Made by a program: the position numbers and the translations under genes. Below the pieces are notes generated by a model, which was given only the letters and a program-made list of their open reading frames with translations, did no database searches and was not told the origin of the DNA. From NCBI GenBank assembly GCA_030018455.1, contig JASEFU010000002.1, positions 269,480 through 333,479 of the forward strand: a stretch of 64,000 nucleotides of DNA, read 5' to 3'. This DNA comes from Dehalococcoidia bacterium. Lineage in GTDB: Bacteria > Chloroflexota > Dehalococcoidia > DSTF01 > JALHUB01. Shown in pieces: positions 17,625 through 27,089 of this stretch; the first letter of the stretch is position 1, and each line of letters opens with the position of its first letter.

Positions 17625-18793
17625 GGCAGGAAGCGGAGGGCGACCTCGCTGGCCAGGAGCCTGCCGCGGGCTGTGAGCCGCAGCCGGTCGTCGCGCAGCT
17701 CGGTCAAGCCCAGGTCTTGCAGCTCGGCGATCTCTTTCGCGTAGCGGTCCGTCAGGTCAAAGCCGAAGCGACGTGAGAATTCGTTGAGGGGGACGCCGTC
17801 GATGAGGCGGAGGCCGAGGATGATGGTGTCGGCGATGTCCGTAGCGGGGCCGATTTCTTCGAACGAGGCGATCTGCGGCATTCGATGGGGGGCGGAGGGG
17901 CTGGGCGCGGGCGCGCGGTCCGTAAGCGAGCGGACGTATCGCTCGGGCGACCGGCGGTTCGCAAGCCGCAGACCTCCCACACGCGAGTGCGCGCCCGCGC
18001 CCAGCCCCACGTACCATCGGTTCCCCCAGTACGTCAGGTTGTGCCGGCAGCGACGCCCCGCCAGCGCCCAGTTCGAGATCTCGTAGTGCTCGTAGCCCGC
18101 CCGCGCCATGATCTGCTCGCTCCGGACGTACATCTCCGCCTGCGCGTCGTCGTCCGGCGGCGGGGCTTCTCCCCGTTCGATCATCGCCGCGAGAGGCGTC
18201 CCCTCTTCGACCGTCAGCGCGTACAGCGACAGGTGCTCCGGCCGCAGCGCAAGGGCGCGCTCCAGCGTCTGCTGCCAGCCCTCGGGCGACTGCCCGGGCA
18301 GCCCGAACACGAGGTCGAGATTCACGTTATCGAAGCCCGCTGCCCTCGCCTCGTGGCAGGCCTCCTCCGCCCTCGCCGCCGTGTGTATGCGGCCGAGGAA
18401 GCGGAGCTCGTCGTCGTCGAAGCTCTGAACGCCGAGGCTCAAACGGTTGAATCCGAGGCGTCGCAGCCCTTGCAGGTGGGCGGCGTCCGCGCTCTCGGGG
18501 TTCGCCTCAAGCGAGATCTCGGCGTCGGGCGCGATGTCGAAGCCCGAAGAGAGTCCCTCCATCAGCCTCGCCATCTCGTCGAGCGGAAGGAGGCTGGGCG
18601 TCCCGCCGCCGAAGAAGACCGTATCGACGCGGCGCTCGCGGCACGCGGTCGACCACGCATTTGCCTCCGTGAGCAGCGCATCGACGTATGAGGGAATGAG
18701 CGTCTCTCTGCCGGCGTACGAGTTGAAGTCGCAATAGACGCACTTCGAGCGACAAAACGGGACGTGTACGTAGAGGCTGAGGCTTTCCTGCAT
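17621..18793 (-). CDS. hemW: Radical-SAM heme chaperone HemW (HemN-like coproporphyrinogen oxidase family)
   Basis: LYVHVPFCRSKCVYCDFNS is the CxxxCxxC radical-SAM motif, together with a HemN C-terminal domain. Start is set at the ATG at 18793. The long upstream extension is rejected. Confidence 0.85.
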   Translation of the reverse strand: MQESLSLYVHVPFCRSKCVYCDFNSYAGRETLIPSYVDALLTEANAWSTACRERRVDTVFFGGGTPSLLPLDEMARLMEGLSSGFDIAPDAEISLEANPESADAAHLQGLRRLGFNRLSLGVQSFDDDELRFLGRIHTAARAEEACHEARAAGFDNVNLDLVFGLPGQSPEGWQQTLERALALRPEHLSLYALTVEEGTPLAAMIERGEAPPPDDDAQAEMYVRSEQIMARAGYEHYEISNWALAGRRCRHNLTYWGNRWYVGLGAGAHSRVGGLRLANRRSPERYVRSLTDRAPAPSPSAPHRMPQIASFEEIGPATDIADTIILGLRLIDGVPLNEFSRRFGFDLTDRYAKEIAELQDLGLTELRDDRLRLTARGRLLASEVALRFLP

Positions 18794-18917
18794 GACGCCC
18801 TTCAATCGTAGACCGCCGATTTCGTCACCGCAACTCGACGCTGCTTGTGCCGTTTTGCAGGTCCTTCTTTGGGGCGGCACGGTCATCACGGGACGGCCCG
18901 CGCGCAGGAAGGGGAGT

Positions 18918-18938
18918 CCAGAGGGGAATCCCCTCTGG
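18918..18938. promoter_or_regulatory. Perfect 10-bp inverted repeat CCAGAGGGGA-a-TCCCCTCTGG in the divergent hemW-aspS intergenic region
   Basis: Seen directly in sequence. It lies about 125 nt upstream of hemW and 205 nt upstream of aspS. It is a candidate operator or hairpin. Confidence 0.4.
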
Positions 18939-19143
18939 CGGGGGTCTGGGCGTGTCCCCCAGTCCCCAAAACGCGTCGCGGGCGGGTGGGTGGGAAGATC
19001 GACGTTCATGTTACGCGAAAGGCGCCGACGCTGCCCTGAGCACGCGGCGGGACGGCCGCGCAAATCACTTCGCATTGACTTGCCGCCCACTGCATGCGAC
19101 ACTCTACAGGCAATACCCAATCCGCCTCAGAGGGAGCTTGAAC

Positions 19144-20958
19144 GTGCGCTACAAGACACATTATTGCGGCGACCTGACCGCCGCCAACGCTGGCGAAGAG
19201 GTCCTCCTCGCCGGATGGGTGAACCGACGCCGCGACCACGGTCGCCTCATCTTCATCGACCTGCGCGATAGCCGCGGCCTCGTCCAGGTCGTCTTCAACC
19301 CGTCCGTCGCCCCCGAGGCCCACGCCGTCGCGGAGCAGGTGCGGCCGGAGTACGTGCTGCAGGTGAAGGGCGTTGTCGCCGCGCGCCGGCCCGGCACCGA
19401 GAACCGCTCCCTCCCCACGGGCGAGATCGAGGTCCAGGCGGGCGAGGCGACAATCCTTAACCCCTCGAAGACGCCGCCCTTCTACATCAGCGAGGACAGC
19501 GAGGTCGAAGATGTCCTCCGCCTCCGCTACCGCTACCTCGACCTGCGCCGAGCGAAAATGCAGGAGCGCGTCCAGACGCGGTACCGCGTCATTAAGTACA
19601 TGCGCGACTTCTTCTTCGCGAAGGGGTTCATCGAGGTCGAGACGCCGATACTCGCCAACCCGACGCCCGAGGGCGCGCGCGATTACCTCGTCCCCAGCCG
19701 CGTGAGCAAAGGCTCGTTCTACGCCCTGCCGCAGTCGCCGCAGCAGTTCAAGCAGTTGCTGATGGTCGCGGGCTACGAGCGCTACTTCCAGATCGCCCGC
19801 TGCTTCCGCGACGAAGACCTGCGCGCCGACCGCCAGCCCGAGTTCACGCAGCTCGACTTGGAGATGAGTTTCGTCTCAAGCGACGACGTACTCGACATCA
19901 TGGAAGAGCTGTACATTGGGCTGTCCGAGGCCATCCGGCCCGACATGAAGGTGCGCAAGCCCTTCGCGCGCCTCACCTACGACGAGGCGATGCGCCGCTT
20001 CGGCACCGACAAGCCCGACCTGCGCTTCGAGATGGAGCTGGTCGACGTCAGCGACCTCGCGCCAACGTGCGACTTCGCGGTCTTTCGCGACGTGCTTGCG
20101 GCCGGCGGCCAGGTGCGCGGCTTCGCCCTTCCCGGGGGCGCCGCGCTCACCCGCCGCGACATAGACAGTCTCACCCGCTTCGTCGAGGAGCAGGGAGGGA
20201 AAGGGTTGATATCCGTCGGCCTGCTCGGCGAGGGCGGCATCGACACCCTCGGCGAAGAGGACATCCGCTCGCCCATGCACCGCTACCTGAGCATGGAGCT
20301 GATAAAGGGCATGGCGCAGCGCACGGGCGCGAAACGGGGCGACCTGCTCATCATCGTCGCCGACCAGCCGGCGATCGCCAGCGCCGCGCTCGACGCCCTG
20401 CGCCGCGAAACGGCCCAGCGGCTCGGCCTCATCGATCCAGGTGTCCTCGCCTGGTGCGCTATTACCGACTTCCCTCTCCTTACCTGGGACGAGGAAGAGA
20501 AGCGCTGGTACGCCGTCCATCATCCTTTCACGGCGCCGCACCCCGAGGATATCCCCTTGCTGGAGTCGGATCCGGGGCGGGCGCGCGCCCAGCAGTACGA
20601 TATCGTCTGCAACGGCTGGGAAATGGCCGGCGGCAGCATCCGTATTCATCAGAGGGACGTGCAGACGCAAATGTTCAAGCTCATGGGCATTGGCGAGGAG
20701 GAGGCGAAACGCAAGTTCGGCCACCTGCTGGAGGCGTTCGAGTACGGCGCGCCGCCCCACGGCGGCATCGCTGCCGGCCTCGACCGCAACGTCGCCGTCC
20801 TCCTTGGGCTGGATGACATCCGCGAGGTGATCGCCTTCCCCAAGACGAAGACCGCCTCCGACCCGATGACGGGCGCGCCTTCGCCCGTCCCTGAAGAGCA
20901 ACTGGAAGAGCTGGGCCTCGCTTTGCGAAAGCCCGCTACTGTTGCCGATGAAGGATAG
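19144..20958 (+). CDS. aspS: Aspartate--tRNA ligase
   Basis: MRYKTHYCGDL...GWVNRRRDHGRLIFIDLRD... with class II motifs (FRDEDLRADRQPEFTQLD, GGSIRIHQ, GLDR). GTG start at 19144 with GAGGGA upstream. The ORF-track N-terminal extension is rejected. Confidence 0.92.
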   Translation: MRYKTHYCGDLTAANAGEEVLLAGWVNRRRDHGRLIFIDLRDSRGLVQVVFNPSVAPEAHAVAEQVRPEYVLQVKGVVAARRPGTENRSLPTGEIEVQAGEATILNPSKTPPFYISEDSEVEDVLRLRYRYLDLRRAKMQERVQTRYRVIKYMRDFFFAKGFIEVETPILANPTPEGARDYLVPSRVSKGSFYALPQSPQQFKQLLMVAGYERYFQIARCFRDEDLRADRQPEFTQLDLEMSFVSSDDVLDIMEELYIGLSEAIRPDMKVRKPFARLTYDEAMRRFGTDKPDLRFEMELVDVSDLAPTCDFAVFRDVLAAGGQVRGFALPGGAALTRRDIDSLTRFVEEQGGKGLISVGLLGEGGIDTLGEEDIRSPMHRYLSMELIKGMAQRTGAKRGDLLIIVADQPAIASAALDALRRETAQRLGLIDPGVLAWCAITDFPLLTWDEEEKRWYAVHHPFTAPHPEDIPLLESDPGRARAQQYDIVCNGWEMAGGSIRIHQRDVQTQMFKLMGIGEEEAKRKFGHLLEAFEYGAPPHGGIAAGLDRNVAVLLGLDDIREVIAFPKTKTASDPMTGAPSPVPEEQLEELGLALRKPATVADEG

Positions 20959-21054
20959 ACCGATACTCTTGTGAAGCTGAAGACGCGGGCGCCGGGCGGC
21001 CTTGGCGAATGGCCTGTGCCGTCATGCTCGCGTTACGTGAGGAGACGTGGGGTC

Positions 21055-22710
21055 ATGATCAGGTTGCTTCAGGCGACGAGAGGCATAGTCCTGTCGCTGC
21101 TGGTTGTCTTCGGCAGCACCGGCATTTTCATTTTCAACCAGGGGTGCAGCAGCGACGGCAACGGTGAGCCCATCGAGCAGAATGGGGAAAGCGCGGACGG
21201 CGGGTCGACGTCAGCGGACGGGACCTTGCGGGTGCCCGGCGGCGATCCCGTAACCCTCGATCCCGCGCTCGCCGGTGACGCGATATCCGCCACCTACGTC
21301 GTCGAGCTTTTCGGCGGCCTCGTCACCATCGACAAAGACCTGAACGTCGTCGGCGATATCGCCGAATCGTGGGAAATAAGCCCCGACGGCAGGGTCTATA
21401 CCTTCCATCTCCGCGACAACGTTGTCTTCCACTACAGCAACCGCCTGGTTACAGCTGAGGACTTCAAGTACTCGATGGAAAGGGCGGCCGACCCCCAGAC
21501 AGCGTCGATCGTGGCCGAGGCCTACCTGGGCGATATCGTCGGCGCGCGGGATATGATCCGGGGCCGCGCCGACGAGATCAGCGGCATCAAGGTGGTCGAC
21601 GACTTCACGCTGGAGATAACAATCGACGAGCCCAAGCCGTACTTCCTCGCCAAGCTCACCTACCCAACCGCATTCGTCGTCGACAAAGACCAGATCGAGA
21701 GCAACCCCCGCAACTGGCTGCGGAAGCCGCACGGAACAGGCCCCTACAAGCTCAAGGAGTGGCGCCTCGGCGAAAGCATCTTGCTCGAGGCCAACGACCG
21801 CTACCACCTCGGCGCTCCGTCCGTGAAGACGGTCGAGTTCCTGCTGTCGGGCGGCTCGATCCTCACCATGTACCAGAACAACGAGCTTGACGTCGCCGGC
21901 GTGTCGATAAACGACATCGAGAGGGTGCAGGACCCGAACGACCCCCTGAGCGACGAGTACGTGAGCGCCGATGAGTTGTCGATTTCTTATCTCGGCTTCA
22001 ACACGCAGAAACCCCCGTTCGATGACGCAAATGTGCGCCGCGCCTTCGGCATGGCGATCGATCGGGAGAAGATCGCTGAAGTCCTCCTCATGGACATGTT
22101 GCCCGTCGCCCACAGCATCATGCCGCCCGGACTGCCGGGCTACAACCCCGACGCGCGCGGCCCGACCTACGACCCCGAGCAGGCAAGACAATTGCTCGCC
22201 GAGTCGAAGTACGGTGGGCCGGGTGGGCTGCCCAAGGTCACGATCACCGAGATCGGCGGCGGCGCCACCGCAGGCTCGGACACGCAGGCGATGATCGAAA
22301 TGTGGAAGGACAATCTGGGCGTGGAGGTCGAGATCGAGCAGACGGAGGAGGCCACCTTCTGGCAGGACCTGGACAAGGGCCAGTACCAGATGTTCACCGC
22401 CGGCTGGATCATGGACTACCCCGACCCGGAGGACATACTCGATATCCTCTTCTACAGCAAGAGCCGCCAGAACAACACCCGCTACAGCAACGCCGAAGTC
22501 GATGCGCTCCTGCTGCAGGCGCGCACGGAGCAGGACGTGGCGGCGCGGATGGCCCTTTATCAGCAGGCGGAACAGATCATCCTTGACGAGGCGCCATGGA
22601 TACCGCTCTACTACGGGCGCGACCACGTGGTCGTGAAGCCGTACGTGAAGAACTATCTCCTGCCGCCGATGGTCATTCCGAAGCTGCGTTACGTGACACT
22701 CGAACAGTAG
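21055..22710 (+). CDS. ABC transporter substrate-binding lipoprotein, peptide/nickel family (SBP family 5; OppA/DppA-like)
   Basis: A lipobox-like FNQGC, then a Gly/Ser linker, then PGGDPVTLDPALAGDAISATYVVELFGGLVTID...WEISPDGRVYTFHLR. This is typical of family 5 SBPs. Confidence 0.85.
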   Translation: MIRLLQATRGIVLSLLVVFGSTGIFIFNQGCSSDGNGEPIEQNGESADGGSTSADGTLRVPGGDPVTLDPALAGDAISATYVVELFGGLVTIDKDLNVVGDIAESWEISPDGRVYTFHLRDNVVFHYSNRLVTAEDFKYSMERAADPQTASIVAEAYLGDIVGARDMIRGRADEISGIKVVDDFTLEITIDEPKPYFLAKLTYPTAFVVDKDQIESNPRNWLRKPHGTGPYKLKEWRLGESILLEANDRYHLGAPSVKTVEFLLSGGSILTMYQNNELDVAGVSINDIERVQDPNDPLSDEYVSADELSISYLGFNTQKPPFDDANVRRAFGMAIDREKIAEVLLMDMLPVAHSIMPPGLPGYNPDARGPTYDPEQARQLLAESKYGGPGGLPKVTITEIGGGATAGSDTQAMIEMWKDNLGVEVEIEQTEEATFWQDLDKGQYQMFTAGWIMDYPDPEDILDILFYSKSRQNNTRYSNAEVDALLLQARTEQDVAARMALYQQAEQIILDEAPWIPLYYGRDHVVVKPYVKNYLLPPMVIPKLRYVTLEQ

Positions 22711-22956
22711 GGCGTTCGCACGGGGCGCAACGCCTTTCGAGCGGCGCTTGCCGGACAGGCCGAAAGCGTGGGCGCAACGAGTCAACGACATCGAGCACGA
22801 CGGGCGCTCCTCGGTTGAGCAGGAGTGCGCCCCGGGCGAAAGAGGCGGGCGCCCCTGATGCCGCGCTTTTCAGGGCGCGGTGTGGCAAACAATCTCGCCC
22901 GCCCGAGAGCAGCTCGCGGCAGGTCTGACCATGGAGACTCGGAACGCAGTCTAGAA

Positions 22957-23955
22957 ATGCAAGGCCTCCTCCCCTACGTAGTGCGACGGCTCGCCTGGGC
23001 GCCGGTCATTCTCCTTGCGGTATCGTTTATCACTTTCGCCATCATCCGGCTCGGCCCCGGCGATCCCGTCAGCGTGGCCCAGGGGCAGTACCGCGACCCC
23101 GAGGTGCTGGAGCGCATCCGCCACACGAAGGGGCTCGACAAGCCCTTCCTTGAGCAGTACGGCATCTACCTGAAGAACGTGCTGCACGGAGACCTGGGGG
23201 AAAGCTTCCGCTACCCTACGATGACTGTGCCCGAGATCATCTTCCGCAAGATGTGGGTCTCGGCGCAGATCGGCATCGTGGCGCTGGCCGTGATCTTCGG
23301 GGTGGGCATTCCTATCGGCATCTACGCCGCCGTGAAGCAGGGCACCTGGGCCGACCCCTTCTCCATCAGCGTCTTCCTCTTCTTCCAGTCGATACCGGTC
23401 CTTGTTACCGTGCCGGTCATGCTTCTCGTGTTCGTGCTCAAACTGCACTGGCTGCCCACCGGAGGTTGGGCGTGCCCCGTCGACCTCGGCTTCCTCCCGG
23501 AGCCTGTGAACTGCATCGGCGTCTTCGACAAACGGATCATTATGCCCGTCCTCGCCCTATCGCTGCCCGGAGTCGCCGGTGTCGCCCGCCTAACGCGCGC
23601 AACGACGCTCAGCGTGCTCGGCGAGGAGTACGTGCGGACGGCGCGCGCGAAGGGGCTTCGGGAGTTTACTGTGATGAGCCGGCACGTGGCCCGAAACGCC
23701 CTCCTGCCGCTCGTGACCGTCATCGGGCTGTCGCTGGCGGCGCTGCTTGAAGGCGCGTTCTTCACCGAGACGCTGCTGGGCATCCCCGGCATCGGGCGCC
23801 TCGCCTTTGAGTCGGTGGGAGAGCGTGACTACGACGTGATAATGGCCATGACCATGGTCTTGGCGACGGCGTTTATAGTCGCCAACATCGTCATCGATAT
23901 CGTTTACACGTTCATCGACCCGCGTATCCGCTATGAGCGACAGAGAGCTGGATAG
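22957..23955 (+). CDS. ABC transporter permease (DppB/OppB-like)
   Basis: MQGLLPYVVRRLAWAPVILLAVSFITFAIIRLGPGDP... with 6 TM helices and the EAA-like loop (RTARAKGL). Confidence 0.85.
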   Translation: MQGLLPYVVRRLAWAPVILLAVSFITFAIIRLGPGDPVSVAQGQYRDPEVLERIRHTKGLDKPFLEQYGIYLKNVLHGDLGESFRYPTMTVPEIIFRKMWVSAQIGIVALAVIFGVGIPIGIYAAVKQGTWADPFSISVFLFFQSIPVLVTVPVMLLVFVLKLHWLPTGGWACPVDLGFLPEPVNCIGVFDKRIIMPVLALSLPGVAGVARLTRATTLSVLGEEYVRTARAKGLREFTVMSRHVARNALLPLVTVIGLSLAALLEGAFFTETLLGIPGIGRLAFESVGERDYDVIMAMTMVLATAFIVANIVIDIVYTFIDPRIRYERQRAG

Positions 23956-24922
23956 CACCGTCGAAATTGTCGCGGAAGAGCCGCAAGACGAAGCGTTAGT
24001 GCCGACTCGCGCGCGGGGGCCGCTTGCCATCGCCCTGCGCCGTCTCCTGCGCAAGAAGATAGCGGTAGCGGCGATTGTCTTCATCGCCGTCTTCTACTTC
24101 TGCGGCATCTTCGCCCCCTGGGTGGCGCCGCACAGCTTCACCGACCAGGACCTCGACCACGCGCGCGAGGGCCCTTCCATCGAACACCCCCTGGGCACCG
24201 ACCGTCACGGCCGCGACATGCTGAGCCGCGTCATCTGGGCCTCTCGCACCACCGTCATCGTCACCGTTGCCACGCTGATCACGGGCGGCATCGTCCTCGC
24301 TGTGGGGCTCGGCCTGCTTGCCGGGTACGCCGGCGGCAAGGTCGACATGTTCATCATGCGGCTGGGCGACGTGTTCTGGGCGCTTCCCGGCCTGGCAATG
24401 CTGATAATGATTAACGCTGCTCTTGGTTCGCGCATTCGGTCGATCGGCTGGCTGGAGAACATTGAGGACGCGCTGAGGATCGACGGTTTCCCCGACTACG
24501 TCGTCGTGTTCGGGGCGCTTTCGCTGTTCTCGTGGGTGGGCGGCGCGCGGGTCATCCGGTCGCAGGTGCTGGCGCTGCGGGAGACGGATTACGTGCAGGC
24601 GGCGCGAGCGATGGGCGCGTCGACGGCGCGGGTCATCGTGAGCCACCTCCTGCCGAACGTGAGCAACATCGTTATCGTGAGTCTCTCTGCCTCCCTGGGG
24701 GCGATCGCGGGCACGGAGATCGCTCTTACCTGGTTCGGGGTCGGAGTCCAGCCGCCGACGCCGTCGTTCGGCGCCATGCTGTACGAGGGCGGCTCGATCC
24801 GCACCCTCCAGGCCGACCCGCACCTGCTGCTCGTGCCCGGCGCGGTGGTGGCGATGCTGATCTTCTCCTTCAACCTCCTGGGCGATGCCCTCATGGATGT
24901 CCTCACGCCGCACGCCCGCTGA
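23933..24922 (+). CDS. ABC transporter permease (DppC/OppC-like)
   Basis: N-terminal segment, then TM helices, and the ...YVQAARAMGAS... EAA motif. Overlaps the previous permease by 23 nt. Confidence 0.85.
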   Translation: MSDRELDSTVEIVAEEPQDEALVPTRARGPLAIALRRLLRKKIAVAAIVFIAVFYFCGIFAPWVAPHSFTDQDLDHAREGPSIEHPLGTDRHGRDMLSRVIWASRTTVIVTVATLITGGIVLAVGLGLLAGYAGGKVDMFIMRLGDVFWALPGLAMLIMINAALGSRIRSIGWLENIEDALRIDGFPDYVVVFGALSLFSWVGGARVIRSQVLALRETDYVQAARAMGASTARVIVSHLLPNVSNIVIVSLSASLGAIAGTEIALTWFGVGVQPPTPSFGAMLYEGGSIRTLQADPHLLLVPGAVVAMLIFSFNLLGDALMDVLTPHAR

Positions 24923-25037
24923 GGCCGGGGCCTTTGGCGCCGCGTTTTGGGGCGTGTCCTGTTATCCCGGAGCAATACTCTTTCCGCCCTTGAAACCCGC
25001 ATGTTATAATAGAATCAATCCAAGGAGTCTTCATCGC

Positions 25038-26357
25038 GTGAAGGTTTCCGCCGAGAGAATCCCCCAGAGCCAGGTTGTCCTTCAGATTGAAGTTGAGCCG
25101 GAGCGAGTCGAGAAATCGCTCGACGCCGCGTACCGGCGTCTTGTGCAGCGCGCCAGCGTCCCCGGCTTTCGCAAGGGGAAGGCGCCGCGCGCCATGCTGG
25201 AGCGGCACCTGGGGCGGGACGTACTTCTGCAGGAGGCCCTCGACCGACTGATCCCGGAGGTATACCGCGAGGCGGTGGAAGCGGAGGAGATCGAGCCCAT
25301 AGAGCTGCCGGAACTCGAGATGGTGAGCACTGAGCCGCTGGTAATGAAAGCTACCGTTCCCATCCGTCCCACCATCGAGCTGGGCGACTACCGCAGCCTG
25401 CGCGTGCCGCGCGAGCCGGTCGTCGTGCCGGAGGAGCGGATCGATGAGGCCCTCGAAGGGCTGCGACACCGTTACGCGAACTTGGAGCCGGTGGAACGGC
25501 CCGTCCGGTGGGGCGATTTCATCCGCATCGACGCGTCGATAAGCGTGGGCAATCGCCGCATCATCGAACAGAAGGATGTCGAGTTCCCGTTGCGGGAAGG
25601 CGCATCGGTCTATCTGCCGGGGTTCGCCGACAGGCTTGTCGGGCTCGAAAAGGGGCAGGAGAGCGAGTTCGTTCTGCCTGTCGCCGAGGACTACGGCGAC
25701 GCGGGGCTGGCGGGAAAGGAGTGCGCCTGTCGGGTCGTGGTGCACGAGGTGAAAGAGGAGAAGCTGCCGCCTCTCGACGACAGCTTCGCCCGCCAGGTCG
25801 GCGAAGGCTTCGCGAGCCTCGACGCGCTGCGCGAACGCCTCGCGGCCGACATCCGCGAAGCGGAGGAGCAGGCGGCGATGGACCGCTACCGGGCGGAGGT
25901 AATCTCGGTCCTCGAGAAGAACGCCCGCCTCGAGTACCCGCCGGTGCTGGTCGAAAAGGAAGTCGACCGGATGCTGCGGGAGCAGGCTGGGCCGCGCGGC
26001 GACGGCGACCTGGAGCGCTACCTGCAGCGGGCCGGCAAGTCGGAGGAGCAGCTCCGCGAGGAGATGCGCCCCCTCGCCGAGCAGCGTTTGCGACGGTCGC
26101 TACTGTTGTCCAAAGTCGCGGAAGTCGAGAATATAGAGGTTGACGAAAGCGAGGTGGGACAGGAGATCGAGCGGATGGCTTCCAGTGCGGGGCCTCAGGC
26201 GGACGAGATCCGGCGCCTGTTCGATAACCCCGGCGGCCGGGAGGCCATTCAAGGATCGCTGTTCACCCGCAAGACGTGGGACAGACTGATAGAGATCGTA
26301 TCCGGCGCGGAGCCGGCCGAGGGGGACGAGGAGACCGGAGCGGAGGAGGAAGAATAG
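25038..26357 (+). CDS. tig: Trigger factor
   Basis: VKVSAERIPQSQVVLQIEVEPERVEKSLDAAYRRLVQRASVPGFRKGKAPR is the trigger-factor N-domain. It sits upstream of clpP-clpX. GTG start with an AAGGAG RBS. Confidence 0.9.
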   Translation: MKVSAERIPQSQVVLQIEVEPERVEKSLDAAYRRLVQRASVPGFRKGKAPRAMLERHLGRDVLLQEALDRLIPEVYREAVEAEEIEPIELPELEMVSTEPLVMKATVPIRPTIELGDYRSLRVPREPVVVPEERIDEALEGLRHRYANLEPVERPVRWGDFIRIDASISVGNRRIIEQKDVEFPLREGASVYLPGFADRLVGLEKGQESEFVLPVAEDYGDAGLAGKECACRVVVHEVKEEKLPPLDDSFARQVGEGFASLDALRERLAADIREAEEQAAMDRYRAEVISVLEKNARLEYPPVLVEKEVDRMLREQAGPRGDGDLERYLQRAGKSEEQLREEMRPLAEQRLRRSLLLSKVAEVENIEVDESEVGQEIERMASSAGPQADEIRRLFDNPGGREAIQGSLFTRKTWDRLIEIVSGAEPAEGDEETGAEEEE

Positions 26358-26428
26358 CCCTGTAACGGCGGCTCTCCGCAATCGTTTTGTTAGAGGGCTG
26401 CGTCGACAGGTGGAGTGGGGAGCAAACC

Positions 26429-27031
26429 ATGAGAACTGATCCAACTAGTCTTATACCGATGGTCATCGAGAGCGGCGCCCGCGGCGAGCGCGCCTTCGAC
26501 ATCTACTCGCTGCTGTTGAAGGAACGCATCATCTTCCTGGGCACGCCGATCGATGACCAGATAGCCAACCTTATAATCGCGCAGCTCCTGTACCTGGAAC
26601 GGGAAGACCCGGACAGAGACATTAGCATGTACATACACTCACCGGGCGGCATCGTTCCCGCGGGCCTGGCGATCTACGACACCATGCAGCTTGTCCGGCC
26701 GGACGTGTCGACCATCTGCGTTGGAATGTCGGCGAGCTTCGCCACCGTACTGCTGGCGGCGGGCACCGCGGGCAAGCGCTACGCCCTGCCCAACGCCACA
26801 GTGCACATGCACCAGGCGGCGGGCGGCGTGCGCGGCCAGGCGGCCGACATCGAAATCCACGCCAAGGAGATACTGCGCGAGCAACAGATAATCCGTGATA
26901 TACTCTCGCGCCATACCGGCCAGCCGCCGGAACGGATCGCGCGAGATTCCGACCGTGACTTCTATATGGACGCCCAGCAGGCAAAAGAGTACGGGATCGT
27001 CGACGAGATCCTGGAAAAGCCGCCGGCTTAG
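26429..27031 (+). CDS. clpP: ATP-dependent Clp protease proteolytic subunit ClpP
   Basis: ...[24 protein letters not shown]...YIHSPGG...[14 protein letters not shown]...HQAAGG... shows the Ser-His-Asp triad context. Confidence 0.93.
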   Translation: MRTDPTSLIPMVIESGARGERAFDIYSLLLKERIIFLGTPIDDQIANLIIAQLLYLEREDPDRDISMYIHSPGGIVPAGLAIYDTMQLVRPDVSTICVGMSASFATVLLAAGTAGKRYALPNATVHMHQAAGGVRGQAADIEIHAKEILREQQIIRDILSRHTGQPPERIARDSDRDFYMDAQQAKEYGIVDEILEKPPA

Positions 27032-27089
27032 GGTTTTGCTAATAGGGGATCACTGTTACACTAGCCCACTGTGTTGAGGGGAATGGACA

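Noticed and set aside
18847-19143. N-terminal 99-codon extension of the aspS ORF in the six-frame track
   Set aside because: The extension is Arg/Gly-rich with no similarity. The conserved AspS N-terminus (MRYKTHYCGDL) starts at the GTG at 19144, which is preceded by a GAGGGA RBS.
18794-19143. Possible T-box riboswitch leader upstream of aspS
   Set aside because: No AGGGTGGnACCGCG T-box consensus, specifier loop or antiterminator/terminator architecture could be found. Only a palindrome is present.
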